Below are positions 40,901 to 52,177 of a DNA stretch of 64,000 bases, in pieces. Numbering within the stretch: the stretch's first letter is position 1; every line of letters starts with the position of its first letter. Under the pieces are notes generated by a model. The model ran no database searches and was not told where the DNA came from. It worked only from the letters and a program-made list of their open reading frames with translations. This DNA is from Candidatus Dojkabacteria bacterium (lineage in GTDB: Bacteria; Patescibacteriota; Dojkabacteria; J137). The stretch lies in assembly GCA_030950485.1 (NCBI GenBank), contig JAUZRK010000014.1:2431-66430 (forward strand), written 5' to 3'. Both the position numbers and the translations under genes were made by a program.

Positions 40901-42423
40901 ATGAGTATAGTAGAATTGGAACCAGATGCTGTAGAAATGATACAAGCAGAAAACATGAAGAGATATGAGCAACTTAGGAATGTTCCTGGTAGCGCAGACG
41001 GTGAAGGACCACCTGTAATTGATATATTAGGAGAGTCTTCTGAAGCAGAAGAAGATAGGAAGAATGTATTTAAAGCAGTTAAACATAATCTAGGTAAAGT
41101 AGGTGAAGATTTCTCTAATAGTCCAGATTATGATCCAGAATCAATTACTAATCAAGAATTAGTAGCTAGAAGATTCTTTAATCTACGTCAAAAATTTGGA
41201 AATGACTATATTAGTGAAATTGTTTTGGAAGATATAAATTCACCTAAGTACTGCGTCGTTAATCAAAGAGCAAATTTAATGCAATATCCAATTGCAATTG
41301 ACGACTATGGCGATTATCCATATCAATTTGATTTCAGAGAAGGATTAGAACCAAATGATTGGATACTGGGTATTTTTGACGGAGTTAATGCAAACGAGGC
41401 TGGTCTTATTGTAGCTAAAGCAGAAGTTGGAAAGGGAGATATTAAAGAAAAGTGGGCGTATATCAGAACTCATAATAAAGAAGGTTGGATTAGAGAGGAT
41501 GACTTGGCGATGAAAGAAAAAGATGAAATAGATTTTGATCCGCTAAGACCTGCTAAGAATCAAGAAAGATTAGGCGAAAATTTTGGGGTTGTAGTAGAGA
41601 TAGGGCTTAAATATGATCCTATCCAAAAACGATTAGTATCAGTAGATCCATTTAAAACTAATGATAAATTAAAAAACGATCAAATAGATAAAATTGTAGC
41701 TGGTGGAATGCTTGAAGATATTGGAGACGGAATAGCAGAAAAGGGTGAAAGATCATTATTATCTTTAGGTGATCCTATTAAAATTATTTCTGAAGTTGAA
41801 GAAGATTTTTTAGTTGAACTAGCTAACGGTAAACAATATCTATTAGATAAGAATTATCTAAATAGAGGCTACTTGGAGAAAACTCCAGAAAATTTTAGAA
41901 TGATGCTAGAAAAAGCAATTGGAAATCCATATTCGTGGGGAGATGGAGATGGAATAAATTTTGATTGTTCCGGACTTACAGAAAGAGTTCAAAAAGCTTT
42001 TGGTATTGCAAGTGGAGCTGGAAGTGACGCTCAGACATTGGAAACGATTTAGGATTAGTGTATAGAGGAATGGATGTAGATTTTCTTCCTGCAGATGTTA
42101 ATGAACTTATTAACCTAGGAGTTGATATTGACAAGTTAAAAGGTAAATTCTTTTTAGTAGGAATTGAAGGAGCTCATGGTATGTTTGGAGAAATAAATGA
42201 TGATGGAAAAATTCTCTATTATCATTCTATTGGCTATACTACGGATATGAGTAAGCTGCGAAAGTTAAATAATGCTGAAACAGAGGCTGATCATCAAATT
42301 AATCCTACGACTAAGTTCTTTAGAGTAAATAAAGAAATACTTGTTCCCCTAAATAGTCAGGAAGAAGGTTTTAATATAGCTATCAAAGCTAGAAACAGAA
42401 GAATGGCAATTTTAGTAGTGTAA
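40901..42423 (+). pseudogene. NlpC/P60-family cell-wall hydrolase with SH3-like N-terminal region, split by a frameshift near 42040-42057
   Basis: ORF1 ends NPYSWGDGDGINFDCSGLTERVQKAFGIASGAGSDAQTLETI* (Cys motif). ORF2 in the next frame continues GLVYRGMD...GKFFLVGIEGAHGMFGEINDDGKILYYHS (His motif region). Inserting one T in the attt run joins them. Confidence 0.5.
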
Positions 42424-42442
42424 TTAAAACAAGTCTTAATAA

Positions 42443-42472
42443 AGAGCGGAGACTAAACCTCTGCTCTTTTTA
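42443..42472 (+). terminator. Intrinsic terminator
   Basis: agagcggagactaaacctctgctc hairpin (one G-U) followed by ttttt. Confidence 0.5.
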
Positions 42473-42555
42473 AACTTTCCTTGAATCATATCCCTAAAAC
42501 AATGTATTATGAATTTGACTCTGAATGAAATTTCTAAATATTAAGATAACTAACC

Positions 42556-45500
42556 TTGGCTGATTTTGTCCATCTACATGTCCATACGCAATACTCGCTC
42601 CTTGACGGAATGAATAAAGCCCATGACATGCTCCAGAAGGTGAAAGATAGTGGTATGGATTCAGTAGCAATCACTGATCATGGAGTACTATATGGATTAC
42701 CTGAGCTTTGGAAAGCTTCAAAAGACTACGGAGTTAAAACGATCTTCGGTTGTGAAATATATTTGTCTCCAAAAGAAATGGGACTAAGACAAGAAGTGGA
42801 TGGAATCAGATATTACCATTTGTTATTACTTGCAAAGAATAAAGAAGGTTATCAGAATCTAGTGAAGCTTGTAACAAAAAGTCACTTAGATGGAATGTAC
42901 TACAAACCCAGAATAGATCTTGAACTTTTAAAGAAATATTCAAAAGGACTAATTTGTAGCTCAGCGTGTTTAGCAGGACCAATTTCAAGACATATCGTTA
43001 GAGATGAGTTAGACAAAGCAGAATGGTGGTTAAAACAACTACATGGGATTTTCAAAGATGATTTCTACTTAGAAATTCAGAGAAACGGAATTACATGCGA
43101 AGATAAACAAAAAAAAGATGTTGAAACAAGAGTTGCAGAAAGCGAACTTCAAGAACATTTAGAAACAATAAAAGCCCAAATTAAAGTAAATAAACAACTA
43201 TATAAATACTCAGATCAATATAAAATCCCCGTGTTTGCGTCTACGGATGCACACTATTTAAATGATGAAGATAGGGAAGTTCAAAAAGTTCTATTTTGTA
43301 TTAGAGATGGTAGGAAATTAGATGATCCAAATGGGTTAAATGGATATTTAGAAACTTATATAAAAACACCTGAAGAGCTTCTAGCAGATTTTGCAGATAT
43401 GCCAGAAGTACTCGAAGAAACATTAAAAATAAATGAAAAGATTGAATCTATATCCTTAAAGCCTGATAGAGTTCAGCCTCAGTATTGGAACTTACCTAAA
43501 GATAGCACTGCAGAAGAAGAGCTGAGAAAACAAACCTATGAAGGAGCAATAAAAAAATTCGGAGAAGAAGTACCTGAGAACATAAATACTCTTAGTGATA
43601 ACGAAAAGAAAAAATATATCCCTGAAAGCGTTGTTAAACAGATAGATTATGAGCTAAGCGTGATAAAAGAGATGGGATATAATGATTACTTCCTTGTAGT
43701 TGGAGACATTATGCAGTTTGCTAGAAAGAGTGAGATTGTCGTTGGAGTAAGAGGATCTGCAGCAGGTTGTTTAGCTGCTTACTGTTTAGGTATTACAAAT
43801 GTAAACCCTATAACTTGGAGTTTAGTATTTGAAAGATTCTTAAATCTTGAAAGAGCATCGCCTCCAGATATAGATATGGATATTCAAGACGATAGACGAG
43901 AGGAACTTATTGATTATGCTAGAGAAAAATATGGAGAAGACGCTGTTGCTGGAATTATAACTTTTGGAAAGATGGCTACAAAAGCTGCAATTAGAGATGT
44001 AGCTAGGGTACTAGATATTGACCTTGCAATTGCAGATAAATTATCAAAAAAGGTAATAGTACTTTTTGGAAAACCTTACTCTTTTGACAAAATGATGGAT
44101 GAAGATCCTGAGTTTAAGGCTATGGTTGACAATAGTTCAGAGCTTCAGAGATTGGGTCAAATAGTCAAAAAAGTTGAAGGACTTAATAGACATACAGGTG
44201 TACACGCTGCGGGTTATCTTATAACACCTGGGCCTATAGATAATTATATGGCCTATCAAAGAGATTCAAAAGATCCCAAATTATTGGTAACTCAGATGGA
44301 CGGAAATTGGGTTGATAAACTTGACTACATGAAGTTTGATTTCTTAGGACTTCGAACTTTAACTATTATTAAAGATACAATACTATATGTCCGAGAAAGA
44401 CATGGTATTAATATTGATCTTGAAAAGGTAGTAGTTGATCCAGACGAAGATCCAAGTGATTACGATAAAAAAGCTTTTGAGGTATTTCAAAAAGGAGAAA
44501 CAATTGGAGTCTTCCAATTTGAAAGTCCTCCTATGCAAAAGTATTTGATGAAGCTTAAACCTAGAAGTCTTGGAGATATATGCTTTATGGCTGCGGCTTA
44601 TCGTCCCGGACCTATGCAATATATTGCAGATTATATTGATATTCGAAATGGTAAGAAAGATGCAAAATATGTAGTACCTGAACTGGAGCCTATATTGAAA
44701 CCGACTCTTGGATTTCCGGTATATCAGGAACAATTACTTCAAATTTGTATGAAACTTGGAGGATTCACCCTTGGAGAGGGAGATGTAATTCGTAATGCTT
44801 TAAAAAAGAAGCAGTTAGATATTTTAAAATCAAAGGAAGGCGATTTTAAGGAATATTTCCTTAAGAATTATGAATACGGACAAGACAAAGCAGATGAGAT
44901 CTGGGGACAGCTTGAACCTTTTGCGCAGTACGGATTCAACAAAGCACATGCTTCAGGATATGCTGTAGTTGCTTACTGGTGTGCTTACTTAAAAGGTAAT
45001 TATCCATTAGAATTTACTACAGCGTTAATGCATGCAGATCTTGGTAATACAGAGAGAATTGTTATCGACATTAAAGAAGCGAAAAGATTAGGTTTTGAAA
45101 TTCTGCCTCCCTCAATAAATCATTCATTTGTCTATTTCAAACCTGAAGGTGAAAATGGTATTAGATTTGGACTTGGTGGAATTAAAAATGTTGGTACTAA
45201 GGTTTGTGAAGCTATTATTAAGGAGCGTGAAGAGGGAGGTGAATTCTCTCATTTAGATGACTTTATAAAAAGGGTCGGCACTAAGAATCTTAATAAGCGA
45301 TCAGTTGAATGCTTAGTTAAAGTTGGAGCTATGGATACTTTTGGAGATAGAAATCAACTATTAGCTATCATTCCAGAAGTTTTTCAAAAATGTGAAAAAG
45401 ATGCGAGAGCTGAAGAAATTGGACAAACTGGATTTTTTATAAATTCATCCGAAGAACATGATTCTGTAGCAATTACAGATATGACTGTATTTCCAACTAA

Positions 45501-46119
45501 CATTACTGAAGCTACAGAAAGAGATAAAATGAATTGGGAAAGAGAGCTTGTTGGACTATATGTAACAGTACATCCAATGGAAAAATTTACTTGGACTGCG
45601 GTTTTACCAAATACCGTTCATTCTTCTGACATCGAATATTTAACCCATGGAACTCCTGTAAAATTAGTCGGAATGTTAAGTACTATTAAATATACTTTTA
45701 CAAAAAAAGATAACTCCAAAATGGCAATCGTTAGAATTGAAGATGCGATGGGGAATGCAGATGCTGTGATTTTTCCTAGAGCTTTTGAAAAATTAGAGCC
45801 AAAGGAACTTATCGCTGAAGGTAGACCCTTTATAATTGAAGGTAGTGTAAATGTTAGAGAAGATAGTAAATCAATAATAATAAATGATATTAAACCTGCT
45901 GGAGAATTAATGAGACCGACTAGAATTAAAGTAGATATTCGTAAGATTCATAATGAAGAAAAAATTAAAGAACTTAAAAGTTGTTTCAATTCAGAAGGAG
46001 AATTAGAAGTCGAAATTGTTTACGGTGGAAAAGGAAAAAATGCAAAGACTGCTATGATGAAGGCGGATTATAATGATGAGGCTTGTTTGAAGGTTTTGAG
46101 TGAGTGGGTGGTTATATAG
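42556..46119 (+). CDS. dnaE: DNA polymerase III alpha subunit
   Basis: 1187 aa. PHP domain HLHVHTQYSLLDG, polymerase core and OB fold. No internal stops. TAG stop. Confidence 0.9.
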   Translation: MADFVHLHVHTQYSLLDGMNKAHDMLQKVKDSGMDSVAITDHGVLYGLPELWKASKDYGVKTIFGCEIYLSPKEMGLRQEVDGIRYYHLLLLAKNKEGYQNLVKLVTKSHLDGMYYKPRIDLELLKKYSKGLICSSACLAGPISRHIVRDELDKAEWWLKQLHGIFKDDFYLEIQRNGITCEDKQKKDVETRVAESELQEHLETIKAQIKVNKQLYKYSDQYKIPVFASTDAHYLNDEDREVQKVLFCIRDGRKLDDPNGLNGYLETYIKTPEELLADFADMPEVLEETLKINEKIESISLKPDRVQPQYWNLPKDSTAEEELRKQTYEGAIKKFGEEVPENINTLSDNEKKKYIPESVVKQIDYELSVIKEMGYNDYFLVVGDIMQFARKSEIVVGVRGSAAGCLAAYCLGITNVNPITWSLVFERFLNLERASPPDIDMDIQDDRREELIDYAREKYGEDAVAGIITFGKMATKAAIRDVARVLDIDLAIADKLSKKVIVLFGKPYSFDKMMDEDPEFKAMVDNSSELQRLGQIVKKVEGLNRHTGVHAAGYLITPGPIDNYMAYQRDSKDPKLLVTQMDGNWVDKLDYMKFDFLGLRTLTIIKDTILYVRERHGINIDLEKVVVDPDEDPSDYDKKAFEVFQKGETIGVFQFESPPMQKYLMKLKPRSLGDICFMAAAYRPGPMQYIADYIDIRNGKKDAKYVVPELEPILKPTLGFPVYQEQLLQICMKLGGFTLGEGDVIRNALKKKQLDILKSKEGDFKEYFLKNYEYGQDKADEIWGQLEPFAQYGFNKAHASGYAVVAYWCAYLKGNYPLEFTTALMHADLGNTERIVIDIKEAKRLGFEILPPSINHSFVYFKPEGENGIRFGLGGIKNVGTKVCEAIIKEREEGGEFSHLDDFIKRVGTKNLNKRSVECLVKVGAMDTFGDRNQLLAIIPEVFQKCEKDARAEEIGQTGFFINSSEEHDSVAITDMTVFPTNITEATERDKMNWERELVGLYVTVHPMEKFTWTAVLPNTVHSSDIEYLTHGTPVKLVGMLSTIKYTFTKKDNSKMAIVRIEDAMGNADAVIFPRAFEKLEPKELIAEGRPFIIEGSVNVREDSKSIIINDIKPAGELMRPTRIKVDIRKIHNEEKIKELKSCFNSEGELEVEIVYGGKGKNAKTAMMKADYNDEACLKVLSEWVVI

Positions 46120-46162
46120 TGGTTAGTTTTTAGTGGTTAGGGATTAGGTTGATTAATGATGG

Positions 46163-46216
46163 TAACCAGGAAGATTTTGAAAATGTAGGGGTGGGTTTCA
46201 AACCCACCCCTACATT
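46163..46216. terminator. Perfect 24-bp palindrome (ttttgaaaatgtaggggtgggttt c aaacccacccctacattttcaaaa); bidirectional terminator between dnaE and ppa
   Basis: Arms are exact reverse complements. T-runs on both strands. Confidence 0.7.
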
Positions 46217-46217
46217 T

Positions 46218-46799
46218 TCAAAATGCATCCTTAAACTTCTCATTGTATCTTTCAACACACTCTTCAATAATCTCCATTGCCTTTTTAACATCATGGAAAC
46301 CTAAAACTTTACAAGTTCCTGGCTTCTTTAGATCTTTATAATGTTCCCAGTAATATCTTGTTTCTGTTTCCCAATGTTCCCCTAATTGTTTGTAATCATT
46401 GATATGATTAACTCTTTTATCATCACTTAAAACAGCAATTACTTTATCATCTCTCTCTCCCCCATCTTCAAAAGTAATTAATCCTATAATTCTTGCTTCA
46501 GCTACAGATCCTGGGATTAATGGTTCAGTAACGTTAACTATTTCTATATCCAAAGGATCACCATCATCATCCCAAGTCATTGGAATAGCGCCATAAGCAA
46601 ATGGATAAGATAAAGAGGAGTAACCTACTCTATCTAGTTTTAAATGACCTGTCTCATTTATAAACTCATATTTGTTTATAGTATGAGAGTTAATCTCAAT
46701 TGCACAATTCAAAATCATTTCATCCTTATCAGCGAATGTTGGTAGAGTATGAATTAAATTTGGCATTGTCTTTGAATGCTTAATATTTAAATCAGCCAT
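46218..46799 (-). CDS. ppa: Inorganic pyrophosphatase, family I
   Basis: WDDDGDPLDIEIV, YPFAYGAIPMT and HYKDLKK match soluble PPase motifs. Confidence 0.85.
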   Translation of the reverse strand: MADLNIKHSKTMPNLIHTLPTFADKDEMILNCAIEINSHTINKYEFINETGHLKLDRVGYSSLSYPFAYGAIPMTWDDDGDPLDIEIVNVTEPLIPGSVAEARIIGLITFEDGGERDDKVIAVLSDDKRVNHINDYKQLGEHWETETRYYWEHYKDLKKPGTCKVLGFHDVKKAMEIIEECVERYNEKFKDAF

Positions 46800-46882
46800 T
46801 ACTAAATTTATAAGAAATTAAAATACTTTGTTGTAAGCTTAATGCACAGAAAGTATACTATAAAGAAGTAAAACTTAGAAGA

Positions 46883-47491
46883 TTGATGAATTTTAAATTG
46901 AAACATACGATTATAATTATTTTAGGGCTACTAGCAATAAACTTGCTTGTACTTATAGTGTTTCTATTAGTTAAGAATAGTGATATCGGAGATGATGTAT
47001 TTCAGAAAAAAGGAGAAGTTAATACTGAAATATATAGTGAAGAGAATTACGATAATGCTCTAATAAAAGAATATCCTTTAAATGAATACTTAAACTTCGA
47101 CTATACTAAATTTTATATTGTTCATAGCGGAAATATTATCGTTGGTATTGAAGGAACAAGTTTAAAATTTAAATCAGAAGATCAAATAGAAATTAGCTCT
47201 GGTACTGTTTATATTGAGACAACTTCACCTGGATTCACTATTGTAACTAAATTTGGAACTATATCTCTAAGAGATGAAACTTCTATAGTACTAGACCTTA
47301 TTGAAAACAAATTGGTAACAATACAAGGTGAGGCTCAATTTAGAGATAAGCTAATTCCAGCTGGTAGAATTGATAAAATTGATATTGCTGAATATGAAGT
47401 AAGAGACATTGGAAAAGTTAGTAACTTAAGAAATGATCAAATATTTAGTTTATTAGGTTTTCTTGAGGTATTAAAAATTGATATTGATTAG
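46883..47491 (+). CDS. Membrane-anchored hypothetical protein (possible FecR-like beta-sandwich)
   Basis: N-terminal TM helix, then beta-rich repeats. Confidence 0.35.
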   Translation: MMNFKLKHTIIIILGLLAINLLVLIVFLLVKNSDIGDDVFQKKGEVNTEIYSEENYDNALIKEYPLNEYLNFDYTKFYIVHSGNIIVGIEGTSLKFKSEDQIEISSGTVYIETTSPGFTIVTKFGTISLRDETSIVLDLIENKLVTIQGEAQFRDKLIPAGRIDKIDIAEYEVRDIGKVSNLRNDQIFSLLGFLEVLKIDID

Positions 47492-47572
47492 GATACTACA
47501 TATGTAGTATATTAATAAAGTCATGCTAGAATATCTAGTGTTCAGAAATAATTTAATTATTAGTATTTATAT

Positions 47573-48313
47573 ATGTTGAATAAAATCCCAGCCTGGGTAT
47601 ATATAGCTGCAGTAGCTATTATCGGAGGAATATTAATTATTGCCTTAGCAGCAACAAAAGAAGATTCATTAACTTTAGCAGAAGAAGATTCTGTAGCAAT
47701 TGCTGAAGAATTAAATTTAGATATAGATAAATTTAAAGAAGATATGGCTAGCTCTGAAATAAGCGATTATGTAGAGAGCGAAAAAGCAAGAGGAGAAGAG
47801 AGAGGTGTTACAGGAACACCTGCAATTTTTATAAATGGGGAAACTTACGAAGGAACTCGAAGTTATGAAGCAATTAGTTCTCAGTTAGAGAATCTTTTAG
47901 ATAACCCTATAAATGATGAGAAGCCAACTTTTGAGGTATATGCTGATTTCAATTGTCCTAATTGTGCAGCATTTGATCCTCTAAGGTTATTTTTATCAGA
48001 CAATTATGGTGATAGAGTAGAATTTATAAGCTTACCTTACCCGTTCTTAAGAGATTCTTCTTTTGGATATGCTAGGGCATTTGAAGCTGCGAAAAACCAA
48101 GGAGCAGGAGATATGTTTGAAAAAGCTTTATACTCAAAATTATTCCCTGACAGGGCTGACTATGACTCATTTAGTTTAGATGATGAAGTAGACACGACTA
48201 ATGTTGAAGATAATGAAGGCGTTGTTACAAACGAAGTTCCAGTACCAGGTTTTGAAGGTGTTGAGGAAACAGTTGTTAATACAGACTCAAATTCAGTAAA
48301 AGTTACTGAATAA
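47573..48313 (+). CDS. Membrane-anchored DsbA-like thioredoxin-fold protein (CPNC active site) with apparently permuted segment order
   Basis: FEVYADFNCPNCAAF (CxxC). The GVTGTPAIFINGETYEG segment, normally C-terminal in DsbA, precedes the CxxC. Asp/Glu-rich C-terminus. Confidence 0.45.
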   Translation: MLNKIPAWVYIAAVAIIGGILIIALAATKEDSLTLAEEDSVAIAEELNLDIDKFKEDMASSEISDYVESEKARGEERGVTGTPAIFINGETYEGTRSYEAISSQLENLLDNPINDEKPTFEVYADFNCPNCAAFDPLRLFLSDNYGDRVEFISLPYPFLRDSSFGYARAFEAAKNQGAGDMFEKALYSKLFPDRADYDSFSLDDEVDTTNVEDNEGVVTNEVPVPGFEGVEETVVNTDSNSVKVTE

Positions 48314-48334
48314 TAAGTATTTTTCAATCTTTAA

Positions 48335-48365
48335 AGTGACCGCTGTTCAGCGGTCACTTTTTTGT
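48335..48365 (+). terminator. Intrinsic terminator
   Basis: aagtgaccgctgttcagcggtcactt hairpin followed by tttttg. Confidence 0.7.
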
Positions 48366-48395
48366 TATAATAGCTTTGAATAAATTAAAATATAT

Positions 48396-49139
48396 ATGCG
48401 AAGATTTAGATTCTATAACGAAAGACAAAACTTAAAAATAGGATCAAGTGTACTTATAACTAAAGATGAGGCTGAACATATACGAAAATCACTTAGACTA
48501 ACTAAAGGTGATACTATCTATATATTTAATGGCGAAAAAGAGTTCAAAGCAGAACTCACTAGATCAAGAAACAATTTAACTATGGCAAAAATAATTGAAG
48601 AATATAAAGAAACTAAAGCCTATCAAGCTAATTTAACTGTTTTCCTTGCTTTAAGTAAAGCAACTAGTTTTGAATATTCATTAGCAAAGCTAACTGAAGT
48701 AGGAGCTAATAAGATAATTCCTGTAAAAACTGAATACAGTATAGTTAATCTTGAAAACAAAGTAGATAAGAAATTGGTCAGATGGCAGAAGATTTTAACT
48801 GAAGCAAGTAAGCAATCAGAAAGAATTGATGTTCCAGTAATAACAAAGCCTATAGAATTTAAAGATATTGAAAAAGAAAACCTTGCAGAATATAGCTCTA
48901 CTCTATTTTTCACTACTAAAGAGGAAGAATATAGCGAACTAAATGATGTTAAATTAGGCGAAGATATTGCTATTTTTATTGGTCCAGAGGGGGGATTCTC
49001 ACCTAATGAGAAGAAGCATGCAAAGGAAAACCTAAATTTAGAGTCTGTAAGTTTAGGATCTAATATCCTTAAATCTGATACTGCAGCTGTTCTAGCTTCT
49101 GGTTTAGTACTTTATCTTTCTGGACTTGTTGCACACTGA
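48396..49139 (+). CDS. rsmE: 16S rRNA (uracil1498-N3)-methyltransferase RsmE
   Basis: MRRFRFY...EAEHIRKSLRLTKGDTIYIFNG and C-terminal GPEGGFSPNE match RsmE. TGA stop. Confidence 0.7.
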   Translation: MRRFRFYNERQNLKIGSSVLITKDEAEHIRKSLRLTKGDTIYIFNGEKEFKAELTRSRNNLTMAKIIEEYKETKAYQANLTVFLALSKATSFEYSLAKLTEVGANKIIPVKTEYSIVNLENKVDKKLVRWQKILTEASKQSERIDVPVITKPIEFKDIEKENLAEYSSTLFFTTKEEEYSELNDVKLGEDIAIFIGPEGGFSPNEKKHAKENLNLESVSLGSNILKSDTAAVLASGLVLYLSGLVAH

Positions 49140-49145
49140 GATAAA

Positions 49146-51293
49146 TTAGTCTTTCCTAAGTAAACTAGCCCTCATCAATCGTATTTCATTATAACTATAA
49201 TTATCTCCTAAAAATTCCTTTATCGGAGCTAGTTTCTGCTTACCGATTTTTTTACATGCATCTAAAATCTTTTTTTGTTTGTCTTTTGGGACCAGTTTGA
49301 ATATATCAATATCCTCACCTCCTAAATATGCCTTTTCTAAATGAGAAATTACTGTAAAAACTTTAATTCCTCTATTCTCTACTATCTCTTCTGGACTTAG
49401 TCCTTTATAGAATAAAGAAGCAGTTTCATCAATTGTAGCTGATCTAGAGATACCTCTAGTCCTTTTTTGCTTTATTGGTATTGGAACTGATCTAACATCA
49501 TTCTCTTCACAATAAAGTTTTATTTCCTTAATAAAATCTTTACCGTAATCATCAAATTTCTTTTGTCCTACTCCTTTTATACGTTTAAATTCTATTCGCT
49601 TTTGAGGAAAGTATTGAGCCATTTCTTTAAGAGAGCTGTCCTGAAAGATAAGATATGGTGGAACATCTTCTCTGTCTGCTATCTTTTTTCTTATAACTCT
49701 TAGTCTATCAAATAAATTTGTATCAACTTCACCATCTAATAAATCTCTTTTTAATGTCATTTGTTGTCTAATTTTATGTAAAACTACTTGTTCACCTCCT
49801 TTTAAAACTAATGATGCTTTTTGAGAAAGTCTTAGAACAGGATATTTATCCTGACTTAAAAGTAAATATCCTTGTTGGATAAGTTCTTTTATATATAACT
49901 GTAAATCCCTAACATTAATATCTGTAATGATCTTATACGTTGAAAGCTCATCATGAGCTAATTCTTTGATTTTCTTTGATTTAGAACCTGTAAGAATTTT
50001 TGCTGTATGTGTAACTCCAAATCTTTGATCTAATTTATAAACACAGGACAATACTTTTTGGGCAAGCTCAGTACCGTCAAAATCTTTTAATGGATCGATA
50101 CAATTATCACAAGCTTTACAATTACCTTTACTATATTTTTCATCAAAATACTCTAGTAGAGCGTGCCTTCTACAAACAGAGCTTTCAGCAAAATTTAGAA
50201 GCATTCTTAGCTGGAATCTCGCAACTTCTACTTCACTCTCATCTTCCATTTGTAAAATAAAATATTCAATTTTTGCTTTATCTCCATAACCAAAAAATAA
50301 AATACAATCACTTACCAGACCATCTCTTCCTGCTCTACCTGTTTGTTGATAATATTGTTCTATGCTCTGTGGAAGATCATAGTGAATCACATATCTAACG
50401 TCAGGTTTATTTATACCCATTCCGAAAGCAGTAGTAGCAATAATAATATCTACATCATCTCTAATAAACTTCTCTTGATTAGATTCACGTTCATCACTGC
50501 TTAAACCGGCATGATAAGGTAAAGCCTTAAATCCGTCTACTTTCAATGATTCTGTTAATTCATCTACTTGTTTTCTACTAAAACAATATATTATTCCTGA
50601 TTCTCCCTGTTTACTATTTATAAATTCTAATAGTTGAGCATATACCTGAACTTTTGGTTTAATATAGTACTTTAAATTTGGTCTATCAAAGCTAGTTGTA
50701 TATGAATTATTTTCTTTAAAGCTTAGTTGATTAACTATGTCTTTCCTTACTCTTTTAGTTGCAGTAGCAGTTAAAGCAATAATTGGAACATTTGGAAAAA
50801 TAGAACGTAAAACACTTAGTTTTCTATATTCTGGTCTAAATTCATGTCCCCATTGGGAAATACAGTGAGCCTCATCAATAGCAAACAAGCTGATATTTAA
50901 TTTTTTTATAAATTCTAAAAAATCTTCTTGAAGTAATCTCTCAGGTGCTAAATAAAGTATAGATATTTCATTAGATCGAAGCTTTTTAAAGATAGTAGAT
51001 CTTTCCTCATCTGAAAGCGTACTATTTTAAAATGCCTCCTTTACCCCATTCTGAAGAAGACTATCTGTCTGGTCTTTCATTAATGAGATTAGAGGAGAGA
51101 CTACTATTGTTAACCCATCCTGAACTATTGCGGGTATTTGGTAACAAAGTGATTTTCCACCTCCAGTTGGCATTAATACAAATGTATCCTTTTTGTCTAA
51201 TACATCATTTATAATTTCTTCCTGTGAAGGTCTAAATTCAGTATAGCCAAAGTACTTTTCTAAAGTTTTATAAATATCTTCTGTTGTTGACAT
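49146..51293 (-). pseudogene. recQ: ATP-dependent DNA helicase RecQ interrupted by one in-frame TAA (51027-51029)
   Basis: Upstream piece ...[15 protein letters not shown]...LQNGVKEAF*. Same-frame continuation NSTLSDEERSTIFKKLRSNEISILYLAPERLL...FAIDEAHCISQWGHEFRPEY. Helicase, RQC-like Zn (CxxC) and HRDC regions intact. Confidence 0.7.
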
Positions 51294-51469
51294 ATAATCA
51301 GGCTCTGTTAAAAAATCAATTTTAAATTGACAGGTAAGCTTTAACTTAAATTCTACTATCTTTTAATTAATTTAGCAGGTTAACGATATAAGCTCGTAAG
51401 AAATTTGAAAGAATATAAAGTCTAATTTTGTATGAATTTTTATTTCTTATTCATACAATATCATAAACG

Positions 51470-52177
51470 CTATCTTAATGCTTGAATACCTAAGTTAGGA
51501 TCATTAATGATTACATAATCTATTCCTATAGAAGCTAGTTCTTGCAGCCTCTCTAAGCTAGTCTCTCCGGCAGTCCTTGGCTCTCTAGTACCAGTAGTAA
51601 CAATTACTTTACCGTTTAACTGATGAATTCCTTCAACTCTACTTTTGGTGACATGTTTATCCCATAGTCTATAGAAGCTGCCCCTATATTTTAAAAAATC
51701 TATATAACCATCTGGATCTTGATCTAAACCTACTATTTCTACTTTTGAATGATTCTTAATAAGATGATTTATTAATTTTTCTTCTCTTGCTCCGACCAAA
51801 ACTCTCGAATTATCAATTTATTTTAATTTAACAATTTCAAGCGCTTTATCTACTAGACCAAGGCTATCTTGCTTTAAATCAAACATAAGTTTACCTTTAA
51901 ATGTATTTATTTTTTCTATTATATCTTCAAACCTAGAAATCAAAATATCTCCATTCTCATCTATTAGGTCCTTAAATGATTCATAATTTAAATTTTCAAC
52001 ATCTACTCCATATTTTTCCCTAGCAGTTTTAGAATGAGTACATAGAACGATCCCGTCACTACTTAAGCAAAGGTCTATTTCTAAAACATCCGGTAATAAT
52101 TTTATTGCTTCAAGATATGATCTTAAAGTATTCTCCTTATATTTTGCTGAATAACCTCCATGAGCTATTATTTTCAT
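51470..52177 (-). pseudogene. Glycerophosphodiester phosphodiesterase (GDPD) with one in-frame TAA (51818-51820)
   Basis: N-terminal piece IIAHGGYSAKYKENTL...EIDLCLSSDGIVLCTHS and C-terminal piece ...IGIDYVIINDP are in the same frame, separated by 6 codons and one TAA. Confidence 0.55.
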
